Origin: Nitrospinaceae bacterium
GTDB taxonomy: Bacteria; Nitrospinota; Nitrospinia; Nitrospinales; VA-1
Direction of reading: 5' to 3'
Assembly: GCA_029261655.1 (NCBI GenBank)
Contig: JAJDAY010000026.1
Span: 138,362-202,361, forward strand
Length of the DNA stretch: 64,000 nt
The translations under genes were made by a program, and so were the position numbers. The notes under the pieces are model-generated. The model saw only the letters and a program-made list of their open reading frames with translations. It was not told the origin of the DNA and ran no database searches. Positions 45,249-53,994 of the stretch are shown one piece after another (within the stretch, counting starts at the first letter, position 1; every line of letters starts with the position of its first letter).

Positions 45249-46736
45249 ATGGGCAATTACTTTCCAGTGAAATCATCTCAGAATACAGCTATGAAACCGC
45301 CATCAACGAATTTTTTGAATGCCGGAAATTCTTCGTTAAAGCTTAAAACGACATTTCAATTTTGTTTCTTTTTTATGGTTCTATTCATTTGGTCCTGTGT
45401 CGGAGCATGGGCCGCCAATGATGAAAGCACCAGGAATCTAATAGAGAACCAATGTTCCAGTTGTCATAAGTTTGAAGGAAAACACGAGTCCAAATTCAAT
45501 TTAAAAGGCCCCGATCTCATGTGGGCGGGAAACAAATATCAGCGCCCGTGGTTGATCCGCTGGTTGACCGGAAAAGAAGAAAACCTTTATCCCAATGGAT
45601 TCCGGTGGGATATCTCCAGAGACCAGATAAAACATCCTGTTCTTTCGGAAGCCGTGGCCAACGACGTGGCCGATTATTTTGAAAAACATTTTCTTGATTC
45701 CAGAATAAAAAAGAGTTTTGTCGATCTTTCAACTTTCACAGAACAGGAGTCCCAGTTTGGGGCTGCAATTTTCAAGGAATTTTCCTGCCTGGGATGCCAT
45801 CAGATCAAAGAGGACGGTAAAAAAATTGGCGGACCCATCAGCGCTAATCTTTACGATTCGGGAAATCGATACAATTTGGATTGGTGGTCCAAGTTCGCGG
45901 AAAACCCGCAGAATTTTACTCCGCACAGTGGTGAATATCTTGCCGACCTCAGCATGCTGGGAGCGCGATACATCATCGGCTATTTAATGACTTTGGGTGT
46001 TGAGGATTTTAAATATTTTGAACCGTGGAAAGCAGAGCCATTTCAAAAAGCCGATGTCAAACGCGGAGCTACGGTTTACCGCGAGTATTGCGTTCAATGT
46101 CATGGACCACAAGGGGGCGGCGATGGTCCGGGAGCCTCTGGACTGGAACCGAAACCCGCAGTGCACGCGAAAATGGACCTCAATGAATTTCCAGAAGATT
46201 ATCTTTACAATCTGGTTTATTACGGCGGAAAAACGGTTGGCAAATCCCCAAACATGCCCGACTGGGGAATGACCATCGGAGAGCAGGGTGTGGCCGATGT
46301 CATCGCTTATATGCAAGAAACCTTCAAAACCGGTGAAGCGGTATCAGACGATCCAGGAAAGAAGGCCCAGGGAGACTGTCCACAAAAACGCAACACCAAA
46401 ACGGTTTCCTTTAAATACAGCAACAGGAAAAATCCCTTGGAACCCACACCCGCCAACCTGAAAGCGGGAGAAGCTCTGTATCAGAAAACGGCCAAACCCA
46501 TGGCTTGCAAGCTCTGTCATGGGAAACTGGGCGATGGCAAAGGTCCCGGAGGGGCGGGCGTCAAACCCGCACCTCGGAACTTCACCTGTCAGGCGACCAT
46601 GCAGGAAATATCCGACGGACAAATGTTCGGCGTCATCAAGGCCGGTTCTCCCGGTACAGCAATGCCTGCTTTCAAAAATCTCAAGGACAAAGAAGTGTGG
46701 CAACTGATTCTTTATATTCGGAGCTTCTCAAAATGA
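45249..46736 (+). CDS. tetrahaem c-type cytochrome (four class-I-like domains)
   Basis: Signal/TM, then CSSCH, CLGCH, CVQCH and CKLCH. The last domain is paralogous to the two mono-haem cytochromes. Confidence 0.8.
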   Translation: MGNYFPVKSSQNTAMKPPSTNFLNAGNSSLKLKTTFQFCFFFMVLFIWSCVGAWAANDESTRNLIENQCSSCHKFEGKHESKFNLKGPDLMWAGNKYQRPWLIRWLTGKEENLYPNGFRWDISRDQIKHPVLSEAVANDVADYFEKHFLDSRIKKSFVDLSTFTEQESQFGAAIFKEFSCLGCHQIKEDGKKIGGPISANLYDSGNRYNLDWWSKFAENPQNFTPHSGEYLADLSMLGARYIIGYLMTLGVEDFKYFEPWKAEPFQKADVKRGATVYREYCVQCHGPQGGGDGPGASGLEPKPAVHAKMDLNEFPEDYLYNLVYYGGKTVGKSPNMPDWGMTIGEQGVADVIAYMQETFKTGEAVSDDPGKKAQGDCPQKRNTKTVSFKYSNRKNPLEPTPANLKAGEALYQKTAKPMACKLCHGKLGDGKGPGGAGVKPAPRNFTCQATMQEISDGQMFGVIKAGSPGTAMPAFKNLKDKEVWQLILYIRSFSK

Positions 46737-47212
46737 ACAAAATTAGCGGTTCGATGGATAAGGGTAAATTGATCGAAATGGCAAAGGACTTAACGAAAGA
46801 GTACCCAGCCAGTCCTCGCAAAATGCTGGGGGGCTATGTGATTTTGGCTCGCTGTCTGGAAAAGTGCCGGGCGTATCTTGCCGGAACCAATGGCGACTAT
46901 AATTACTGGCCCTGTACCTTATGCGCGGAATTGGAGGCTTTCACAGGCGTTGACCATGAACTTTTCAAGGATTTTGTGGCGACAGGAGCAAGCGATGAAG
47001 AAGTCGCTGATTGGGTACATGCTCAATCCACGGTAAAAGATAAAATGGCGATCATCCGCTGGAATAACAAAATGCGTGACATGCGGATCAGCGACATGCC
47101 GGACCAGATGCAGGAGTTTATGGAATCCTACATACCGGAAAACCTGCCAGAAAACCATCGACCTGTCTATGTCTGGTTCGATGTATTCGATATTGAAGAA
47201 GGGAGACTATGA
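46733..47212 (+). CDS. hypothetical protein (DUF5069-like?)
   Basis: ATG at 46733 overlaps the upstream stop (ATGA). 159 aa with a conserved-looking LGGYVILARCLEKCRA motif. Confidence 0.45.
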   Translation: MNKISGSMDKGKLIEMAKDLTKEYPASPRKMLGGYVILARCLEKCRAYLAGTNGDYNYWPCTLCAELEAFTGVDHELFKDFVATGASDEEVADWVHAQSTVKDKMAIIRWNNKMRDMRISDMPDQMQEFMESYIPENLPENHRPVYVWFDVFDIEEGRL

Positions 47213-47262
47213 GGAAACGGACACCTGTTTTTTCTGATTTTTCAATGAAATGATAAAAGCAA

Positions 47263-48270
47263 TTATTTTGAAAGATCCTTGTACGTATTGGGAACGTTGA
47301 CCCCTGAGTGAACCCATCCCCAAAGGGCGTATCCCTGGAATTCCTTCATGGTAATGTCTTTTTGGGCTTGCTCTAAAGTCATTCCTTTCTCCACAGCATT
47401 TTTCACTTCTTTATGGAGAGTTTCCAGATATCTGATTTTGAATTCAATGTCTTTGGGTTTTATGGGAATTCCGTGCCCTGGAACAACAATCGCGTCATCA
47501 GGGAGAAACTCGCGCACCTTTTTCATAGTGACTAATACTTCCTCATGTTTTCCATCCAGTAACCAGGGAAGAGCCGGTGGCATGGCGACAACCGGGTTTC
47601 CAGTCCAAAAAATTTTATTGCCCGGAACCCATACAAATAAATCCCCCTCGGTCTGAGCAAAACCCAGGTGTAATATTTCAACCTCCTTATTTCCAAGATT
47701 GATAATTTTTTGATCGTCTACAATGATATCCGCGGTTCGCGCCACGACATCCTCAATTCCCCGATTAGCCCCAAAATATTGCATCATGAATTTTTTATCT
47801 GCTTCAAAAGCCTCCTTGTTGTCCATGAACGCTTTGGTCTTGCTGTGCTGGATGATTTTCGCGGTCTTTGGGAAAGCGTAGTTCCCGTAAGCATGGTCCC
47901 CATGGTAGCTTGTGTTGACAACATATAATACTGGCTTGTCCGTGACCTTTTTTACAAACCCCAACACCTGATCCGCAAGGCGTTTATTCACCATCGATTC
48001 GACAACCAGCACCCCGTTATCTCCCACGACAAACCCACCTGAAGTAGCAACCGGATATCCCTTTGGATTTTTACCTTTAGCATCGGTTGGATAAAAAGCA
48101 TAAACTCCTTCCGCCAGCTTTTCCAATTCCAGTTGAACAGTCCCTGAATCCCAAACAAGTTGTTCTTTCTTTTCAGCTTTTTTCTCTGACGCATTGGCCA
48201 AACCCCATCCAAAAAGAAAAACTATCGGGACGATCAAAAAAAGATGTCTCCAAATAAATCGCATTTTCAT
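47263..48270 (-). CDS. secreted MBL-fold metallo-hydrolase
   Basis: Signal peptide. YHGDHAYGN (HxHxDH) and downstream His/Asp ligands. Confidence 0.8.
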   Translation of the reverse strand: MKMRFIWRHLFLIVPIVFLFGWGLANASEKKAEKKEQLVWDSGTVQLELEKLAEGVYAFYPTDAKGKNPKGYPVATSGGFVVGDNGVLVVESMVNKRLADQVLGFVKKVTDKPVLYVVNTSYHGDHAYGNYAFPKTAKIIQHSKTKAFMDNKEAFEADKKFMMQYFGANRGIEDVVARTADIIVDDQKIINLGNKEVEILHLGFAQTEGDLFVWVPGNKIFWTGNPVVAMPPALPWLLDGKHEEVLVTMKKVREFLPDDAIVVPGHGIPIKPKDIEFKIRYLETLHKEVKNAVEKGMTLEQAQKDITMKEFQGYALWGWVHSGVNVPNTYKDLSK

Positions 48271-48321
48271 TTTCCAGTTTCCTTTGAGATAAAGAGACCA
48301 ATTAAAAAAAGAGGTCCCTAT

Positions 48322-49107
48322 TTATGACTTTTTGTTTTTATTTAAAATACCCACCATCTCATCATGCACCAGGCCGTTGCTGGCGAGGATTTGGCGGTCG
48401 TAGACACTGAGGGGGTTGCCATCCAGTTTTGTCACTTTGCCGCCCGCTTCCTGCATGATTAAAAATCCGGCGGCGACGTCCCATGAATGCAGTTTCAATT
48501 CCCAGAATCCCTCGAACCGTCCCATTGCGGTGTAGCATAAGTCAATCGCCGCAGAACCCGGACGGCGCACCGCCTGACTGGCTTTCATGAAATCCCGGAA
48601 ATAGCCCATATTGTCACCCAGGGAATGAACCACTTCCGGGGTGAAACCCGTCACAAGCAGGCTGTCTTCTAATTTTGGGATGGTCGATACGGCGATGGGC
48701 GAGGAATTGAGAGTCGCCCCTTTGCCTTTTTCGGCCACAAACAATTCGTCCAGGTTGGGGTTATAAACCACGCCGACGATGATCTCGCCCTCATGCTCAA
48801 GGCCAATCGACACGCAGTAGCAGGGAAACCCGTGCGCGTAATTGATGGTGCCGTCCAGCGGGTCGATGATCCATTTACTGGGAGAGGAGTCGCCTTCACT
48901 CACTCCCGATTCTTCTGCGAGAATCTGATGATCGGGAAAGCGTTTTTTGATGATGCGGATGACCTCCTCTTCGCAAAGGATGTCCACTTCCGTTACAAGA
49001 TCGTGAATGCCCTTGGGAGAAATCCTGCCGATATTCTCACTGCGGTCACGCTGGATCTTCCCCGCCGCCCGCGCCGCTTCCACAGCGACTTCGAGAGCGT
49101 CCTTCAT
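48322..49107 (-). CDS. inositol monophosphatase family protein
   Basis: IMPase motifs (WIIDPLDGT, ...DG...). Confidence 0.85.
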   Translation of the reverse strand: MKDALEVAVEAARAAGKIQRDRSENIGRISPKGIHDLVTEVDILCEEEVIRIIKKRFPDHQILAEESGVSEGDSSPSKWIIDPLDGTINYAHGFPCYCVSIGLEHEGEIIVGVVYNPNLDELFVAEKGKGATLNSSPIAVSTIPKLEDSLLVTGFTPEVVHSLGDNMGYFRDFMKASQAVRRPGSAAIDLCYTAMGRFEGFWELKLHSWDVAAGFLIMQEAGGKVTKLDGNPLSVYDRQILASNGLVHDEMVGILNKNKKS

Positions 49108-50183
49108 TCAATCCAGCCGCCGCCGATGATGCAGTCGTCCCGGTAAAACACGGCTGACTGACCGGGCGCAATCGACATTTGCGGTTCTTCAAACTGCACA
49201 CGCGCCCGCTTGCCGACAAGCGGCGTGACCCGCGCAGGCACAGCCTGATGACGGTAGCGTATCTGCACGTCCGCCGTGAAGGGGCCGGATTGCGGCAAAT
49301 ACCAATTGGTGTTTCCGGCGTTGAACTCCGGGAGAAACAACTCCGGTTTGGTTCCAGCGGTGATTCGGTTATTGTCGGGATCGATCTTCGTCACAAACAA
49401 AGGTTCTTTCAATCCGCCCAGGTTCAATCCCTTCCTCTGCCCCACGGTGAAAGCGGGATATCCGTTGTGCTTGCCCAGCACCTCGCCCTTGGTATCGACG
49501 ATGTCGCCTTCCTTAAAATAATCACCGTTGACCTGATTGGCGATGAATTTGGAATAATTGTTGTCGGGTATGAAACAGATTTCGCGTGACTCGGCTTTCT
49601 CCGCAACCGTCAACCCCAACTCCTTCGCCAGACGACGGACTTCGGTCTTTTCCACATCCGCCAGAGGGAACTCCAATCGGGACAACTGATCCTGCGATAA
49701 ATTGAACAAAAAATAACTCTGATCGCGGGAAAGATCCCTACCCCGCCGAACCGTGTAGCGCCCCGATTCATCCTTAACGATGGACGCATAATGACCGGTG
49801 GCCACCCGCCGGTAGCCAAAAGCTTCCGCTCTCTGGATCAATTCATCGAACTTCAGTTTCTGATTACAAAGGGTGCAGGGGATAGGCGTTCTGGCCTGCA
49901 GGTACTCGGAAACAAAATAATCGACAACCTCCTTTTGAAATTCCTTTTCCAGATTCAGGACATAAAAAGGAATCCCGATTTTATCCGCCACCCGGCGTGC
50001 GTCCGCGAGATCATCCAAAGAACAGCAGGTGCCAAAGCGTTCATCGGTATCGGTGCTGTAATTCCACAATTGCAGGGAAATACCCACCACGTCGTAGCCC
50101 CGCTCCTTCATCAGCGCCGCGGCCACCGAGCTGTCCACCCCGCCGCTCATAGCGATAACAATTTTTTCTTTATTCTCAATCAT
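49104..50183 (-). CDS. mnmA: tRNA 2-thiouridine(34) synthase
   Basis: PP-loop AMSGGVDSS with catalytic Cys residues. Matches the MnmA family over its length. Confidence 0.9.
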   Translation of the reverse strand: MIENKEKIVIAMSGGVDSSVAAALMKERGYDVVGISLQLWNYSTDTDERFGTCCSLDDLADARRVADKIGIPFYVLNLEKEFQKEVVDYFVSEYLQARTPIPCTLCNQKLKFDELIQRAEAFGYRRVATGHYASIVKDESGRYTVRRGRDLSRDQSYFLFNLSQDQLSRLEFPLADVEKTEVRRLAKELGLTVAEKAESREICFIPDNNYSKFIANQVNGDYFKEGDIVDTKGEVLGKHNGYPAFTVGQRKGLNLGGLKEPLFVTKIDPDNNRITAGTKPELFLPEFNAGNTNWYLPQSGPFTADVQIRYRHQAVPARVTPLVGKRARVQFEEPQMSIAPGQSAVFYRDDCIIGGGWIE

Positions 50184-50228
50184 ATAGTCAAATAAACTTA
50201 CTAAATTGGATTAATTAAAATAAAAAAT

Positions 50229-50828
50229 CTATTTTTCCGAAATTCCAGGTTCTTCCTTCCACCGATAATAAGAAAGACAGGAATCCCCCAGTTTTCGCTC
50301 GTATTGATGGATCAGTTTACCATATTTTTTCGGCAAAACATTTTTGTGGTGATGCTCAGCCACGACTATTGAAGATTCATCCAAAAGGCCGGAACAGGCT
50401 AATTCTTTCAGAGATTCCTCGTACAGACCGTCGGCAAAAGGCGGGTCCACGTACACGATATCGAAACGGATTTCCTTCTCCCGAAGCATGGAAAGCGCAT
50501 GCAGGACGGAGGATTTCAGAAGGACCCAGTTTTTCGCATCGTCCCCTATCCCGTCCGGCCCAAAATGGCATCGTTCAAGATTGCTATAGATCAAGCTCTG
50601 CGCCTGATGATTGTTCTCAACGAACACGACTTTTTGCGCGCCCCGGCTGAGAGCCTCGATGCCCATGCTTCCCGTTCCGGCAAACAAATCAAGGAAGACC
50701 ACGCCTTCCAGGGTCTGCCCCACTTTATTGAAAAAAGATTCCTTCACCCGATCCAGAGTGGGCCGGATACGGGTTCCCTTCAAAGACCCAAGCCGGGTGC
50801 CTCTTGCTGTGCCCGCGATCACGCGCAT
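50229..50828 (-). CDS. rsmD: 16S rRNA (guanine966-N2)-methyltransferase
   Basis: SAM MTase motif LDLFAGTGSMGIEALSRG and DPPF. Confidence 0.8.
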   Translation of the reverse strand: MRVIAGTARGTRLGSLKGTRIRPTLDRVKESFFNKVGQTLEGVVFLDLFAGTGSMGIEALSRGAQKVVFVENNHQAQSLIYSNLERCHFGPDGIGDDAKNWVLLKSSVLHALSMLREKEIRFDIVYVDPPFADGLYEESLKELACSGLLDESSIVVAEHHHKNVLPKKYGKLIHQYERKLGDSCLSYYRWKEEPGISEK

Positions 50829-50962
50829 CGAATATCGCCCTCCCCCGATGATTTATCATCCACCTTTTTTAGCCCTGACCCGCCCTATTCTGTCAAAGGA
50901 AATATCATTTGACAGCTAAAATTTATAAATCTATCATGAGCCAGGATAGAAATATTTAGCGT

Positions 50963-51036
50963 TCGGGCATGGTCTAATGGTACGACGTCAGGTTCTGGTC
51001 CTGAAGATTGAGGTTCGATCCCTTGTGCCCGAGCCA
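50963..51036 (+). tRNA. tRNA-Gln (anticodon CUG)
   Basis: Hand-folded cloverleaf. 7-bp acceptor TCGGGCA/TGCCCGA with U1-A72, anticodon stem TCAGG/CCTGA, loop TTCTGGT, T-loop TTCGATC, encoded CCA. Confidence 0.8.
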
Positions 51037-51073
51037 TTTTTTTGCCCGCTTAAACAGATCAATAAGGACGTGA

Positions 51074-51547
51074 ATGAATATATACCGTAATCCTTTTATT
51101 GTCGGCCTCTGGGCCCCTGCTTACCTGGTGGTTGCCACGGGTGCGACCATGATGGACTTTCTGATGACCGCCATATTCATCATGGGCACATTGGGCGTGA
51201 TAGGCGCTTACGTCTCGGACTTTCCCTTGCTTTCAGGCTTGTACCCGAACGAAATGGCGCACAAGACGGCTCTGTCCTCTTTACTCGGCATGTTGTTCGG
51301 CCTGATCTTGTTTTTTGTTTTCACCACCGTTGAAGAAGGTGCAGACTCCAGCCCCATGTCGCCGCAGGGCATGTTCTTCGCTACGTGGGCGGCGATGTCG
51401 GCACCGGCTTATCCTCTCATGGTATTTTTCGTTTCACGGGTGAACAAACGGGACCTGGAAGCAGAACAAAAGATTCGCGATGAAAAGAAAAAAGCGCGTC
51501 GAGCCAAAGGCGGTGGACCGCCGATCAAAAAGGGATCGGGTTTTTAG
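51074..51547 (+). CDS. hypothetical membrane protein between two tRNA genes
   Basis: 157 aa, 4 TM, C-terminal basic tail. Confidence 0.45.
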   Translation: MNIYRNPFIVGLWAPAYLVVATGATMMDFLMTAIFIMGTLGVIGAYVSDFPLLSGLYPNEMAHKTALSSLLGMLFGLILFFVFTTVEEGADSSPMSPQGMFFATWAAMSAPAYPLMVFFVSRVNKRDLEAEQKIRDEKKKARRAKGGGPPIKKGSGF

Positions 51548-51582
51548 AGCAAGACTCCGCTTAGAGCAGGAAAAAAGAATAT

Positions 51583-51657
51583 GGCCCCATCGTCTAGGGG
51601 TAAGGACGCTGGCCTCTCACGCCGGAAACAGGGGTTCGATTCCCCTTGGGGCTACCA
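51583..51657 (+). tRNA. tRNA-Glu (anticodon CUC)
   Basis: Hand-folded. Acceptor GGCCCCA/TGGGGCT, anticodon stem CTGGC/GCCGG, loop CTCTCAC, T-arm AGGGG-TTCGATT-CCCCT, encoded CCA. Confidence 0.8.
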
Positions 51658-51775
51658 TATTTCAAATAGTTACAGAAATTTTGAGAATGCCGGAATTCAT
51701 TTAGGCAACCTTGTAAAAGTAAGTGAAGGAAATGATCTCGTCAAGACAAAAGGCTCAACTTTTTTTAGACTCTAA

Positions 51776-53926
51776 TCAAAAGAACGCTCGTGCTCCGAGT
51801 GAAAAGAAATAGTTGGTGGATTTTTGCGAATCGCCAATTACCGTTTCATTGATCCATTCCCTCCCGCCTTCCAACTCAAATCGGAGCCATCGTTTCCAAC
51901 GGTAATCCAGTCTCACCAGCGGTCGGATGTTGACCCGGTCTCCATCGTCATTTTTATTTTTACGATAATCAATTCGTACTCTGGGGTTGATCCGTAAATC
52001 GCGGGTTATGGGAAACCGCAAGTTTAAGTCGGCAGAATAGCTGTCAACGTTTTGCAGGTCTGAATAACGCAGTCCAAATATTGCAATGTCGTTCTCCATA
52101 AAAAGACTACTGCCTATCAATTGGCTACTATAGAAAAACTCCGCTCCGGTGCTGGGCAATGCAGGGACTCCTCCTGAAGCGGGAGTTCCGGATAGTTCGG
52201 ATACGGAAAATTCCCCGTTTAATTGAAACTGTTCATTTAACTCCTGAGTCACGCTGAATATCATGGATCGACTCTTAGCGGTTCGGTCCTTAGCCAATTG
52301 CCGAACCTCCTCTTCACTCAATGTTCTCAACAAATCGGAAATATTACTCACTCCCTGTTGGCCTTGCAACGCGTTGCTTGTGGTTAGAATCGGACTTTTT
52401 CTATAGTCCAAAGTAAGACGCCAACGTGTTTTTACAGGAAAAACATAATCCCCTGAAAAAATAAACAAGTTCAATTCCTTGAAAGAAACATCGTAATCAA
52501 CAAGAGTCAAAAATGACCGTTGGGGATGAAAATAACGAGTCTCTCCTCCCACCGCCTGACGATCCGTTATCCCATCAACATCCTGATTGATTCCATAGAT
52601 GTTAAAATTCCAGTACTTGGCAAATGTACCGAGGTCTAAACTCATTCCATAAAAACGTTTGTTTATGTCCAACGGCTCCACTCTAGTGGATTGAACCGGA
52701 ACGCCTGCAACGCCATTTATTTTAACTTTGGAATTGATTCCATAACTTAGCAAACCTCCATCATATCTTCCAAGAACTCCCCCTGAGCTTTCAAATTGTC
52801 GACCAAACCTGCCAAATAATTTTCGTTTTAAATCTTTAACCTCAATATTCAGGGTATTGACGGAGGCTTCGCCTTCATCACCATTTTCCCTAAAGTCCTG
52901 GTCATACCCTCCCACAAACTGGGTGCGGATCTCATATTTGTCAGATCGGGAACGCGTGCTGAAATCAAAATCAGAGCTTAGGTCAGAACGATTGATCCGG
53001 GACGCCCCCGTACTGTCCGAATCAGTTTCATCAAAACTGTAAAATTGCGAAAAACTGCCAAAAACCTGAGTATCCCAAACCGTTTCCTCAGGATCCCTGG
53101 AAATTTTTGCGCTACGTAATCTTTCTTTAGGCTTGTCTCCGGCAGTGAGCAATCCATTCAGTCTTTGTTTAACCCGGTCCGCACCCTCCCCTTTTGGATA
53201 TTTTTTTAAATATTTTTCATACTCAGCTTTCGCATGGGCCAATTGATTGTTTCTATCGCGTGCCAATCCAATTAATTCCTGAGCATCCTGAGAAAGATCT
53301 GATTCCGGACGACTCAAAATTTTTGTATACAACTGAATGGCGCGCGGGTAGTTTTCCGCCGTCATTTCCTTTTTGGCCTCTTTCATGGCCTCGATGAGTT
53401 TGGGGTCGGCCTTCGAGGGTTTGGCAAGAGGCAAGCCGGGTTCCTTTGGTTCTCGTACTTTTTTTTCTTCTTTGGGTTTGACGTCAGATTTTACGAAAAA
53501 AATCAGCGACCGGAGGTCCCCACTACTTTGCAAATTAAAATCCACTTTACGGGAAAACCTGAATACCAGGACAGGGAGTCTTGGGCTACTGCCGTCAAAT
53601 GTCATTTCTTTCAGAGGTACAGGAATAGAGCGATCCCAGCTCAAGGCCTCCCTGTCTTCAAACTGTTTCAATATTTCCGTGTCCTCCAACGTGACTCCGG
53701 AAATGGGGCTCATTTCAATGAGAACAGTCTCGGATGGCGTAGTGGGTCGATGTTTTACATAACGTAAAGGCAGAATAAAATTAACGCGTATTTCATAGCC
53801 CGTGGCCCGTGTCTCGATTTCGACGTTATCCACAATACGCGCCGAGACCTGTGAGGCACTGAACAACAAGGTCGCCACGCACAAAAATAAAGTAAAAACC
53901 GGTATGATTTTGTTTCTTAAAACCAC
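51776..53926 (-). CDS. outer-membrane protein: periplasmic N-domain + TPR-like linker + C-terminal beta-barrel
   Basis: Signal peptide (..SQVSA|R), Lys/Pro-rich linker, TPR-like helices, then about 450 aa of alternating amphipathic strands ending in ...YFFSLGARAFF (aromatic C-terminus typical of OM barrels). Last gene of the cytochrome operon. Confidence 0.7.
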   Translation of the reverse strand: MVLRNKIIPVFTLFLCVATLLFSASQVSARIVDNVEIETRATGYEIRVNFILPLRYVKHRPTTPSETVLIEMSPISGVTLEDTEILKQFEDREALSWDRSIPVPLKEMTFDGSSPRLPVLVFRFSRKVDFNLQSSGDLRSLIFFVKSDVKPKEEKKVREPKEPGLPLAKPSKADPKLIEAMKEAKKEMTAENYPRAIQLYTKILSRPESDLSQDAQELIGLARDRNNQLAHAKAEYEKYLKKYPKGEGADRVKQRLNGLLTAGDKPKERLRSAKISRDPEETVWDTQVFGSFSQFYSFDETDSDSTGASRINRSDLSSDFDFSTRSRSDKYEIRTQFVGGYDQDFRENGDEGEASVNTLNIEVKDLKRKLFGRFGRQFESSGGVLGRYDGGLLSYGINSKVKINGVAGVPVQSTRVEPLDINKRFYGMSLDLGTFAKYWNFNIYGINQDVDGITDRQAVGGETRYFHPQRSFLTLVDYDVSFKELNLFIFSGDYVFPVKTRWRLTLDYRKSPILTTSNALQGQQGVSNISDLLRTLSEEEVRQLAKDRTAKSRSMIFSVTQELNEQFQLNGEFSVSELSGTPASGGVPALPSTGAEFFYSSQLIGSSLFMENDIAIFGLRYSDLQNVDSYSADLNLRFPITRDLRINPRVRIDYRKNKNDDGDRVNIRPLVRLDYRWKRWLRFELEGGREWINETVIGDSQKSTNYFFSLGARAFF

Positions 53927-53994
53927 AATACCCCTGAGACGAATTTTCTATTTCCTGTCGCGAATTAAAAAAGATTATTGCGAAAATAAACCAA

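Noticed and set aside
47213-47262. Possible bidirectional terminator between convergent genes (GGAAACGGACACCTGTTTTTT)
   Set aside because: The stem has a mismatch and is only about 5 bp, too weak to call.
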